Positions 20,129 to 31,600 of a stretch of DNA of 64,000 nucleotides are shown piece by piece (the stretch's first letter is position 1; each line of letters opens with the position of its first letter). Made by a program: the position numbers and the translations under genes. The stretch lies in contig JAEXRL010000030.1 in the NCBI GenBank assembly GCA_023440825.1, forward strand, positions 167,408 through 231,407, written 5' to 3'. The notes beneath the pieces were generated by a model that did not search any database, was not told the origin of the DNA, and saw nothing but the letters and a program-made list of their open reading frames with translations. Origin of the DNA: Pseudomonadota bacterium (GTDB taxonomy: Bacteria > Pseudomonadota > Gammaproteobacteria > Burkholderiales > Burkholderiaceae_B).

Positions 20129-20162
20129 GTGTCACTTTTGCGTCATATAGCTTTGCTAGTAT
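20129..20162 (+). promoter_or_regulatory. Candidate Pho box plus -10 element upstream of the STN-domain gene
   Basis: Two 7-nt direct repeats are separated by TTTT: GTGTCAC (20129-20135) and GCGTCAT (20140-20146). Each matches CTGTCAT at 5/7 positions. TAGTAT (20157-20162) lies 10 nt downstream, the classical Pho-box/-10 geometry. The motif match is weak. Confidence 0.3.
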
Positions 20163-20232
20163 TTTGGCATCACGAAATGAGATGCTTAGAAGCGTGGTTT
20201 TGGCATGGCTATTAAAGGCGTGAAGTGTTTCT

Positions 20233-20943
20233 ATGAGGTTGATACATAATCAAAAAAATCAGCTTGGTGTGGGTGTTTTCGCTTACCTGCTGTGGCCTCT
20301 AGCCGTGTTGTTTATACATAGTCTGGTGTACGCAGCACCTTTACATAGGGTGTATAACTTCGACCTGCCCCCAGACTCGCTCAGTCACACCCTAGAGCGT
20401 TACTCACAGCAAACCGGGGTGTCGGTCGCGGTCGACGTAGCACATATGCATGCAAGCACCTCACTGCTTAAAGCTCGCCTAAACGCACTGGAAGCATTGC
20501 AACATGTATTGCGGGGAACAGGTTTGGTGGTGCGTCAACTTAGCGCTGATTCTTTAGTGGTTGTGCGTGGGTGGACGACAATGAACTCTTCTGAGTTACA
20601 GCGTTACGAACTGGCTGGTCTGAACCCTCGTAATGTACTTCACAAGCGCTATGCAGCGCAGTTACAAACCAATCTTATCGCTGGTCTCTGTAACACAGCT
20701 ATTACCAGACCTGGTTCTTATCGCCTGGCTTTGCAGTTACGTATCGATTCCCATGGGAAGGTTATCCAGCATAAACGACTGGATACCAGTGGGAACCCGG
20801 AACGCGATCGTTATATCGATGAGATCGTTGCCAGCACCTATGTTGGGGCAGCTCCTCCGAGTGATCTAGCGCAGCCAGTGCTCATCCTGATTTTACCAGT
20901 AGCATCGAACGCGTACACCCTGTGTAATAAGGTAAACCGCTAA
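20233..20943 (+). CDS. Secreted STN (secretin/TonB N-terminal signalling) domain protein with TonB-C-like C-terminal region and no beta-barrel (VreA-like)
   Basis: A signal peptide is followed by an STN-like segment (FDLPPDSLSHTLERYSQQTGVSVAVD...LEALQHVLRGTGLVVRQLSADSLVVV). The C-terminus (YRLALQLRIDSHGKVIQHKRLDTSGNPERDRYIDEIV...PPSDLAQPVLILILP) fits the TonB C-domain pattern. At 236 aa it is far too short for a TonB-dependent transducer. Confidence 0.65.
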   Translation: MRLIHNQKNQLGVGVFAYLLWPLAVLFIHSLVYAAPLHRVYNFDLPPDSLSHTLERYSQQTGVSVAVDVAHMHASTSLLKARLNALEALQHVLRGTGLVVRQLSADSLVVVRGWTTMNSSELQRYELAGLNPRNVLHKRYAAQLQTNLIAGLCNTAITRPGSYRLALQLRIDSHGKVIQHKRLDTSGNPERDRYIDEIVASTYVGAAPPSDLAQPVLILILPVASNAYTLCNKVNR

Positions 20944-20945
20944 TC

Positions 20946-21479
20946 ATGCAAACGGCCAGTCAGCGCTTACGACTCAGGCTTAAACTGCGTTATCGCCACT
21001 TGCGTTTACGCCTAGTTGGACTATTAGGGTCTAGCGATAGCGCAACGGCCGCTTTGCATGAAACTTGGTTGCAGCTTGATCGTGTTCCCGACACCACTAC
21101 TCCTACAGATGCTGATGCGTATTTGCTGCGTATGGCCTCCCATATAGCGTTTAAGCATTTTCGTCAGGATACTCCCTATTTATCTGCTCAGGCACTTGAT
21201 GAGCTTTACGAACTTCCTGATCAATATTCCGATATTGAGCAGCAACACGAGACGCGTCAACGTCATCAGCAATTGTTGCTAGCCATAGGGCAATTACCCC
21301 CTCGAAGGCGGGCCATTTTGTTAGCTGCACGGGTGTACGGTGAAAGCAATCAGCAGATTGCAATTGATTTTGGGGTCTCGGTGAGTACCGTAGAGCGTGA
21401 AATCCGCTTAGCGGTAAGGGGATGCCAGCAGCAGATGGAAGAGGTTCTGACTGATGCATCCCCACAGCTAGGACGCTAA
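20946..21479 (+). CDS. ECF (FecI-type) RNA polymerase sigma-70 factor
   Basis: Region 2 (ALHETWLQL) and region 4 HTH (LPPRRRAILLAARVYGESNQQIAIDFGVSVSTVEREIRLA) are present. The start is 2 nt after the upstream stop. Confidence 0.88.
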   Translation: MQTASQRLRLRLKLRYRHLRLRLVGLLGSSDSATAALHETWLQLDRVPDTTTPTDADAYLLRMASHIAFKHFRQDTPYLSAQALDELYELPDQYSDIEQQHETRQRHQQLLLAIGQLPPRRRAILLAARVYGESNQQIAIDFGVSVSTVEREIRLAVRGCQQQMEEVLTDASPQLGR

Positions 21480-21495
21480 GTGCTAGAGTTGCCTT

Positions 21496-22467
21496 ATGAA
21501 TCACCCTAGACCACCTCCAGATGCGGTTTACGAGCAAGCTCGTCAATGGCTAGCGTCTCTTAATTCCGGACGTGTGACGCCAGCACAAGCCAAAGCATTA
21601 AGTCAGTGGCGTGCTCAAAGCCCCGCGCATGAACAAGCCTGGTGCGATACCCTTGCTACGTGGAAAACCTTACAACCTGCCTTAAAAACCATGCTCAATA
21701 GCGAGGATGGGGTACAGACTATTGCGTGGGCAGCAAGCGAATCTAGAAAACTACAACGTCACAGGCGTCAGCTTATAAGCGGTACTGGTGTAACGATTTT
21801 GGGCGGTTTGGCCTTAGCTTTATTCCCGCCGCTAGGGCTTTGGCCTTCACTAATCGAGTACCAGGCTGATTTTCGCACAGCTAAAGGCGAACAGCGCACT
21901 ATACAACCTGTTCAAGGCTTAACGGTACAAATGAATACAGCGACGCGTCTTAGCTGGAAAGATCAGACCACGCTAAGTGTGGAGCTGTTGGCTGGTGAGG
22001 CCGAGGTTCATACTGTTGTGGCGATGCAAATACAGGCAGGTCAAGCGTCTATACAGCTTAATCAGGCAAAGATAAATATACGATGGTTAAACGATCAAGC
22101 CGTTTGCGTCAGTTGCTTACAAGGGTACAGTCATGTGCAGTTAGGGCAAGGGTACGAACTTCAGGCTGGACAGCAACTTATCTATGACCAGTATGGTTTA
22201 CGCAGTCAGCAAGCTGTCGATATACAACAAGTAAGCGCTTGGCGGCAGGGCATGCTGTCATTTAACGATGTACCGTTAAGTACCGTAGTAGCAGAAATAA
22301 ACCGCTATCGACCCGGAAGGTTGGTCTTACGTAATCAGCAATTGGCGAACATCCCTGTGCGTATGTTGGTATCGGCGCATAAGCCAGATCTGGCTGTACA
22401 TATGCTGACAGAGCTCTACCAGCTTGAGCTGATAAATTTACCCGGGGGTATAGTTTTACTCAGCTAG
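21496..22467 (+). CDS. FecR-family transmembrane anti-sigma factor / sigma regulator
   Basis: It has an N-terminal anti-sigma domain (A..WL..L.SG..T......L..W), a single TM (GVTILGGLALALFPPLGLW) and a periplasmic FecR domain with a C-terminal LSF..VPL..VV.E..RY motif. Confidence 0.88.
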   Translation: MNHPRPPPDAVYEQARQWLASLNSGRVTPAQAKALSQWRAQSPAHEQAWCDTLATWKTLQPALKTMLNSEDGVQTIAWAASESRKLQRHRRQLISGTGVTILGGLALALFPPLGLWPSLIEYQADFRTAKGEQRTIQPVQGLTVQMNTATRLSWKDQTTLSVELLAGEAEVHTVVAMQIQAGQASIQLNQAKINIRWLNDQAVCVSCLQGYSHVQLGQGYELQAGQQLIYDQYGLRSQQAVDIQQVSAWRQGMLSFNDVPLSTVVAEINRYRPGRLVLRNQQLANIPVRMLVSAHKPDLAVHMLTELYQLELINLPGGIVLLS

Positions 22468-22677
22468 TGGTTACATTTTGTTTCTATTTGGTAGTGAAAA
22501 AAGTAAAGGCTAACCGCAAAAAAAAGACTTCTATAAACAGGGGTGTCTATTTGTGAGCCAAAGCGTGTGCGCGACAGTCTCGTCATCCAATTAGACATCT
22601 GCTTTCTGATTCCTTTTAGCGCTTGTTCGATGCGATCCTTTATGAGGGCATCGACGGCATGATTTCAGGGTGGCTTC

Positions 22678-25600
22678 ATGTTGCAGAGTCTTGTCTCCAC
22701 GTCCGCGTGTTTATTGTCTAAGTTTGAGAAACGTTCTAAGCCCAGAGCAGGGGCACCGAACTGGACGATTACACCACTTGCGTTGGCCTTAGGTATGGTG
22801 CTTGCTTCAGCTTGGCATAACGGCGCTCGTGCCCAGCTACGTGGCGATTTTTTCACCCAGCAAAACGCGGCCCTGCAACAGCAGCAACGCGCCGCGCATC
22901 AGGCAGCCCGTGCCGTCCAACAATCTTTAAGCACACAGCAGCAGCAAGCCGCCGCCCGGGCACATTTGTCGCACTCCTTAGATAACCTGAATCGTACCGC
23001 CAATGCTATTGCCGCCCAGCAAGCTGCCCAAAACGCCGCTCGTCTAGCCGCTCGGCAGCAAGCCAGCAGCGTGGCCGATGGCTTGGCACAAGGGGGACTA
23101 GAAGTAGCCACCGGGGATAAAGCCACTTGGTTAGGTGCCCAAGCCCCCGTAACAAGCAGCAAAGACGGTCAACATCATGTGGGCATTAAACAAACCGAAT
23201 CTAAGGCCATACTTCACTGGAACCGCTTTGATGTGGGACGCAACACCACCGTAGAATTTCAGCAAAAAAGCACCGATGCCGTCCTGAACCGTGTGGTGGG
23301 TGTGGATGCTAAGCCTAGCCAAATACAAGGAAAAATTAAAGGCGATGGCACGGTCATGGTGGTCAATCAGAACGGCATTATATTTAGTGGTAGCAGCCAG
23401 GTAAATGTGCGTAATTTGGTGGCTGCTGCAGCAAGTTTGAGCGATCAGCAATTTTTCGAGCATGGCATATTGGGTGCAGAACAAGGTAAAAACGCCGTAT
23501 TTAACGATGCTAAGGGTGATGTGCGTGTTGAGGCGGGTGCGCTCTTAGCTCCCTTGGCGCCACACAGCAGCACTCGCGAGGGAGGCTATGTGCTGTTATT
23601 GGGGCAGCATGTACATCATGCAGGAGAAATACAGCTTAATCAGGGACAAGCGGTATTGGCGGCAGGTGATACCTTCTATATTCGGCAGGGTCGTGGTTCC
23701 GAAGCCAATCGGCGCTCCTCAATTGAAGGCCTAGAGGTGGCAGCACATGCTGCCGCGGATCAGTCCCATACATTGACGCATACCGGTGTGATTCAAGGTA
23801 ATAGCAGCGCTATTACTTTACATGCTAGACAGGTTCAGGTGGGAGGAGACAAGCTGCAAGCGCCAGCCCTTACCCTGAGTACGAGTACGACACAAAAGCG
23901 CGGCACTATTCATGTTTTGGGGACTCAAGATACCGACAGCCAGGTCGAACTGCTTAACAATAGCGTAACGGCTATAGTGATAGATCAGCAAGAGCTCACT
24001 GCCTTGGACAGCCAGCGTGACAGTTTACGTCAACATGAGGCGCAATATACCGATAACACCAATGAGGACCGTTTACGAGACCCCGGAGCAGTCTTTGGAG
24101 CCTATGGTAGCAGTGGTCGTTTAAACGTCGAGTCTAGGGTGAATCCCAGTCCTGATCGTCTGGATCAATCACGTATAGAGATCATTTCGGGTGGAAATAT
24201 TCACGCTAGAGGCGGAGCACTAGTACTGGCCACAGGAGGGCAACTGGTTTTCCGTACTGCACCTAGCACGACAAATGCTCAGGTAGGGGGAGTAGCACAT
24301 ATTCATAGCGGTGCTGCGCTTGATGTATCAGGCGCAATCGGTGTGGCCTTATCAATGAGTGACAATAACCTGCTCATTAATGTGCAAGGTAATGAGTTAC
24401 GCGACGCACCTGTTAACCGTGATAGCAATGCGCGAGAGTCAAAAAGCTGGCTATCTAATAGCGATCTCTGGCTAGATGAGCGTTTATTGGTACCGGTCTT
24501 GGGACTTGATGGTGAGTACCGCTTGTACAGTCACGGTGGCTTACTGGAAGTGTCTGGTTGGGTGGGTTTGCGCCGCCGTGGCATGGGTGAATGGGCTTCT
24601 TCCGGGGGGAATATTTCCGCGTACGGTGCACGCTTTACGAGCGATACCGGTGCCTTGTTGAATTTATCAGGGGGCACTTTAGATGTGGCCAGTGGTTCTA
24701 TTCGACAGTCTTGGCTGTTAGATGGGCGTGGTCGCCTACATTTGGCTGATAGGGCATTGGCAACGATACCTTATACCCGTGTGTTTACCGGCTATGTGAG
24801 TGAACATCATCGCTGGGGTGCCTCATCGCAGCGAGAGTTTCATTCTCCTTTATTAGCCCCCTATTATCGCTATGAGCAAGGCTACACGGTTGGCCGTGAT
24901 GCGGGCGAGTTAATTGTCGCCACCCAGCACTTTGAGCTACAGGGACAACTTATTGCGGATACCTACCAGTCACCGTTGCAGCAGTTAGGGCGAGTTAACA
25001 CACAAGGAAATAGTCACCATCAACTGGCGCAGCGTGCTGGTTTGATTATTGGTCATGTAGTGCCTATGCTGCAAGACGGTGCCTTAGTGTCTTATGTGCG
25101 CGCCGTCAGTGATCAAGTACATATACATGGTGGCGATACAGCACAGCCTGTAAATTTTGACATAGACGACTGGGTGTTTGATGCCAATAGCAGTAATAAG
25201 CTGTCAGCGGATCTGCTGAACGATTGGAATTTAGGCAAGTTATTGGTTGCGGCTAACGAAGCCATTGTGCTGGATGGTGACTTACGGTTAGCGCCCAGTG
25301 CCATGGGAGGGGAATCAACTACGCTGGGCTTACATGCGCCACAAATAGTGGTTAATGCGGCGATTTATACACCTGCTGGCGGCATTGTAATGAATAACCG
25401 TTTAACAGGTCGTGATCAACAAGGAAAGGTTGTGAGCGACGAACGTCGCTTACCGCTGGCGAGCCACAACATTAAGCCTCACTTTATCCATGTGGGTGCG
25501 CAGGGTGATCTGAACACATCAGGAGTAATAAACCTCAGTGGTGATTCAGTCGCTAAACCATACCTGGAGGGTGGCGATATCCATATTTTATCCTCTGGTT

Positions 25601-28600
25601 ATTTACGCATACAGAAAGGCGCTAAATTAGTAGTTAATTCGGGTGCGATGTTGGATGAGAAAGGCCAATTGCAGGGTGGTTATGGGGGGGATGTGCATCT
25701 GGCTAGTGGTTACCGCAACTCGGAAGCAACCTTCCCTAGTTACCTAGAAGGACACATTGAAGGCTATGGGGTAAAAGGCGGCGGAAGCTTACGCGTTGAT
25801 GCGAGTACGGCAGTAAGTATAGGTGGGCGATTACTACAGGAAAACGGAGTATTAAAAGCAGGGGAGGTCGCGCCCACCATGCTAACCATAGAGGAAACGA
25901 TAGAGCAAGGTGAGGGTGAAATTCTACTTGCAGATATTACATATAAGTCGAATGTGTTAATGCCAGGGCAATACTATGATTATGCCCTGATGGGGGGATT
26001 CAATACTGCATGGGTGAATGGGTGGCCGAGCGACATGTACGTTACAGAGGATTTTTATTTTTTTGAACCTCTGAAGACTGTCCAGGGCGTACCAATAACA
26101 ATTGCTGCTCGGGTACCTGGGGATGATAGCCTACACAGAGTAACTCGTGGCTGGCTCAGGAAAGGCACACAGATATTGGGCCTTTCAGCTAGACCTGCTA
26201 ACCAAGTGCTCCCCCCAGAGGTATTTAGTGTACCGATTCCTGTTACTAACAATTATGACAAGGTGTTGTCTGCAGGAATATTGTTAACCGCCGAAGTGCT
26301 TAATAATACCTTGCAGGGCAAACCCGTTGTGATTACGCCAGGTAATGTGATTGCTGCTGGGCAAGTGTTAGGGGTGGATGTAAAGGTTACCCCTTTGTTT
26401 GAGTTTTCTACAGCCAGGTTCAATAGTGGCTTTGCCCACTACGATATACGAGGGGCACAAGGCTTACGTGTTGCCGCTTCACATAAGGACGGGGAAACGC
26501 TGCAGCCAACACAGCCGCTGTGGCAGCTTGAGCACAGCTCAGGCACTATCAGTTTACAGGCAAAGCAAAGGGCGCAGCTTTTGCAAGCTCCAAAGAACGC
26601 ATACGATGCAGCCACCTTCCGTCCCGGCGTACAGCTAAGTTTTAGTGCTGGTTTAAATGGTGGTGATACTCAAAACCGTGCTGGCTTAGGTATTACTATT
26701 GATGAAAATGTAACGCTGCAATTAGACCCGCTGCAAACGCTTAGTTTACATTCCGCTGGTTTTACGCGTATAGACGGAAAAATAGTGATACCAGGTGGCG
26801 TGGTCGAATTTAGTGATTCGGTAAACAATACGCTACTGCAACGTCCCGCACAGATAAGTCCTGCTGCTGGCTTAGGGGTGCAGTTAGGCAAACAAGCACA
26901 TATAGATGTGGCAGGTCGAGCATTTAAGGTGCATAATGCAGCGCAAAATAAAGCCTATGGTTTGGTGCTAGATGGCGGTCAGGTGCTGTTTGGCCAAGCG
27001 ATTGAGCGCGAAACAGGGCGAGGTTATCACGAATATACACCCAGTTCTTTGCACGGTTTTGTAGCAATAGCTGAAGGTGCCCTCGTAGATGCATCTGGTG
27101 CTGCCTTATACGATAGCCAAGGTGCTTTAGTGCAGTCCTCACGTGGGGGCCGTATTGTTTTAAATAGTACCTATGGTTGGCAAGTTGATGGTGAACTATT
27201 AGCACACGGGGGCAAAGCAACGCAAGGTGGCAGTTTAGAACTAGCTTTAGAAAGCCCCAGCTACCGACGAGACAACGCGTATTTAAATCAGTGGTTACAT
27301 CAGCGCGAGTTAAATCTCGTACAGAAGATATCGGATATTACTCTAAGTAATTATACAGTAGGCCGTGCTTCATATTCGGTACAGCAACTAGCGGAGGGTG
27401 GTTTTTCCAGTGTGGCGCTGTTGGTGAACGGCGCCCTTAGCCTACAGGATGGTTTACACCTTGACTTAGGGGATCAGCTGTCTGATCTTTCCCTTTACAC
27501 CCGCGCTATGCATTGGACTGACGATGTAGGTTCCCAAGCTACAGCCAGCATTAAAGCACCCTACTTATTGTTGGCGGGTACCACCTACCGAAGCTCAAAC
27601 CCCGATGGCACCTCGCAAGCCCCTGTTGGTGGTATTTCCGTACCTGGGCGCAGTGAATGGGCACAGGGTTCAATTAGTTTCTATGGGCAGCATATAGACC
27701 TGCGTGACCACATTTATATGGGTAGGCACGAAGTGGGGTCAAACCTAACAAAGTTTGGCTTTAAGCAAATCAACTTGTTATCTGATACAGATGTGCGTAT
27801 CAGTTCGAGTGGTCTTATTGGTGGCGGCAGCGTTAATGCGGGGTTAACGGTACCGTACGAACTTAATATTTACGCACAACGTACCTACGTTAGCAGTGGC
27901 ACTATTGCCATCTTACACACGCCTGAAATTTCATGGATTAGAGAAAAAGAGGGCTATATTGATGGTACAAGTAGCCCATCCGAAGTAGGCAGTAGCATTA
28001 ATTTTTACGCAAGCCCTAAGGGTAAGGTGTCATCAGCCACACCCAATACTTACGGAGGTCGTTTAGCCATAGGTGCTGAGCAAGTGCGCGTAGCCAGTGC
28101 TATCTATGCCCCAGAAGGGCAGTTGTTGATTGGGCTGAATAAAGAATATGGTGCAGGCGATACAGAACGGGTGCACTTGGAGGCAGGCGCAATAGTGTCT
28201 GTCAGTACTGCAGGTTTAGTCATCCCGAACGGCGGCACTACCGATGGCCTGACGTGGGAATGGGCTTCGGGTGAAACGTTTACCGCTCATAAAGACGATA
28301 CACGTCGCCGAATAACTAAAAATCTACGCTTAGCGGGATCCTATATTAAGGTGGATGATGGTGTAACGCTAGATGTAAGTGGTGGGGGCGAATTACTAGG
28401 CTATGGTTTTATTGCTGGGCGTGGCGGCAGCAGAGATATTCGTTATCATGCTTTAGACCCCTTCCAGCGTGTACTACAGCGCCAGAACTACAAGGATTAT
28501 TCTGGTATTTATGCTGTGCTGCCTGCGAATGATTTACTGGCACCAGCAACTCATAGCGCAATGGGGGCCGATTTCACGTCGCTGCAGTTCGACCACGCTT

Positions 28601-31600
28601 TACTTGGCCTGTCTACAACGCAATCGTATACCTTAATGCCAGCAGAATACGCTTTATTGCCTGGTGCTATACGGGTAGAGCTTGTTCAGCAGCCCCACCC
28701 ATGGGTGGTGACCGATGCGCCTGACGTAAGCTTGGCTCGGCACGATGGATTGTATTCAAACGCAGGCAGTTACCGTAGTGGTGCAACGTTACTTGGGGGG
28801 ATCAATGGGCATGTACTAAACAGCCATATACAGGTTCTCTTAACGCCTGCAGCAGTAGCGCATAAACATGCCAATTATAATCAAACTACCTTCACGCAAT
28901 ATCTGGAAGCAGCAGCTTTATTACATGGAGTGATGCCAGAAAGAGGAATAGCCGACGCTGGTGTGCTGCAATTCACCTTGAACAACTACCATCATTATAT
29001 AAATGGGCAGTGGTTGCCTGTTCGCAGGGATAAGGCTAGCTTGCAGTTTGAAGGACAAATAAACGCCCAAAGCCAAGGGGGCTATTTGGCTGAGGCGGCT
29101 GTAAATACGCACCGCAAGACGATGAGCCTTACAGTAGTGTCCTCAGAGCTGCCGTTAATGCCCCCGTCGTCAAACACTGCTTTTTTGCTTACAGATGCAG
29201 CACTTAACCAGATAGCAAGCAGTGTTTATCATCTGCGTGTTGGTGTGGCGGATCGGGCAAATGATGCAGCACATACGCTATCGTTGGCGACAGGTGTGCA
29301 GTTGCATGCCCAAGAGCTTTTGCTAGGGGCAGATCAAAGCCTTCAACTTGCCGACGGTGTCACCATTACGGCACGCCATCAAGGCACCTTAGTTCCAGAA
29401 AACTATCAGGCGCGGGCTATTCATGGCGATGTAACGGCATTGCTAATCTCGGAGCGTCAGCAAATCGGGGCAAGTTTCGGTACGGGCGGGGGGCAGATTC
29501 GAGTAGGTGAGGCTGTGTTGCAGGCAGACGGTGTGGTGGCGTTCATGACCGACGGTGAAGTAACGCTAAACCCGCGTGCCCAAATTGGAGCAAAAGAGCT
29601 ACAACTGAAGGCAAGCGCCATCACTTTATACGGTAGCGAACAAAATGCCGATAATAACCGCTACGGCCTACAGTTGGATAGCCATTTTATACATCACTTG
29701 CTTCATAATCCTTTGATAAAAATACAAAAATTACATTTAGCAGCCAGTGATTTTGTAGGTTTTCATGGCAACGTACAGCTTAACCTGCAGCAAGAGGGTG
29801 GTTTAGGGCAGTTTTTACTGAGTACGCCTACCTTGAAAAGTGTAGGACATAATCAGGCTAACGTAGAAATTCATGCAGATGAGTTCCAGTGGGCGTCACC
29901 GTCTTACCAAGAATCTGCGAGCATTGTTAGTGCTACTGATTCTTCGGGGCAGTTTATTGTTAACGCACAAACAGTTTTACTTGGGCAGGACAAGCAACAA
30001 TTTGGCGTTTCAAAAACACCTGTGCTGCGCGCAGTAGGTTTTGATAACTACCAGTTACAGGCCGAGCATGCCATACAGCTTGCTGGTGACATTGACGTGC
30101 AGTTTTATCAACGACAAAAAGAGCTTAGCAACGGGAAGCTTAGTTATCAGGATGGTAGCTTAACTTTAGTTACCCCACAGCTTAGTGTGGCTGCTGGGGT
30201 GGCAGGTACTGTGGCTGCACATACCATACATATACAAGGAAACCACGCTGCTAACCCTAGTAAGGCAAACGACCTGGTAGGGCTAGGGGGAAGTTTGGCG
30301 CTACATGCCGATGCGCAGTTACATACACAGAATGTGTACATCACCTTACCAACGGGGAAAGTGTTGTTACAGGCTGGCACAGGGCTTAATGTAGGAGAAA
30401 ATACTCTTATTGATGTTGCCGCGGTGCCTCAAACCATAGGAGCACAAGATGTTCATCTATGGGGTGGTGAGGTTGAGTTACGCAGTCAGAGAGGCTATAT
30501 CCATACGCACGAAACTAGCAGTATTGATGTGTCTGCAATGAATAACCATGCAGGCCAGTTACGCGTCATACTTGAGGAAAGCGAAGGCACGAAACCTAGC
30601 ATTCGTTTAAATGGTGCTTGGGCGGGGCAAGCTGTTGGTAATTACGCTAGCACAGGGCAAGAGTTTGCGTATGCTGGCGGACGATTTAGTTTGCAAGCGC
30701 CAAACACCGAAGCCTCTGGTGGCTCAGCCAGTGCATGGTTTACAGAATTAAACCGTAAGTTAGATGAAGCAGGCTTTTTCGGTGCTCGCCTTTTTGCGTA
30801 TGAGCGTGGTGACTTGGTAGTTAGCGATACTGTCACGGCAAATATCATCGATCTACAATTGCGACACGGTCAACTAACAATAAATGGGACGCTGGACGCT
30901 AGCGGTGATCGCGTAGGGCGTGTGACGCTACAAGCACAGCATGGCTTAAGCTTAGGTGACACTGCAACGATTGATGTAAGTAGCCATCAACTGCGTGTTG
31001 ATGCATACGGTGATCCTATTCATGCTGCAAACCGTGGCCGAATTACCCTGGGGAGTGAAAGTGGCACCGTGCGAATAGGAAATAGCCATTTTAATTTCCA
31101 AGTGGGTGGAGATAGCAATTACCGACAAGGCGCTTTGCATATTTATGCGCCACGGTTACAGAAAGATGGTGCTGGTGTACGGTTACGCATGTCTGCAGGG
31201 GCTACACAGCAAGGGGCGGCAGAGGCAGTGGTATATGGTGTTGCACGTTACACAGATGCACCACTTGCAAGCGAGCCTCTTAGCGATGGTAAATGGTATC
31301 AGCAGATTGATCAGTCTTATATGGATCGTCTGCATCAAGATTCAAATTTATTTATAGAACGCAGCTTAGCGGATACCGGTTGGCGGATGGATGCTTTAGC
31401 AGTGCAAAATCAAGCTATATGGCAGGATATTATGCACTTACGTCCTGCCGTCCAAATTGAAAGCCTAACTGCAGAAACGCCTTTAGTGGTAATAGGTGAT
31501 ATCGATTTAGCGCGTTATCGTTATGCATCATTGAACCCTGAAGTAGCGAGTGCTTATCAAACAGGAGTCGATTCTTCACACGCTGCATATGGTTCAGGTG

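Noticed and set aside
20041-20232. Fur box expected upstream of a FecI-type operon located next to fur
   Set aside because: The best candidate (GAAATGAGATGCTTAGAAG) matches the GATAATGATAATCATTATC consensus poorly and is not reportable without PWM scoring.
22468-22677. ECF-sigma-dependent promoter (-35 / CGTC-type -10) and a second Pho box upstream of the giant gene
   Set aside because: Only fragmentary matches were found: CTCGTC at about 22588-22593 and weak 11-bp periodic T-rich repeats at 22470-22500. The spacing and -35 element could not be justified by eye, so experimental mapping is needed.
22840-22848. RGD tripeptides in the giant exoprotein (residues 55-57 here; a second at 30805-30813, residues 2710-2712) as integrin-binding motifs
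   Set aside because: About one RGD is expected by chance in a protein of about 4400 aa with this composition. The first lies right at the predicted signal-peptide cleavage region. There is no supporting context.
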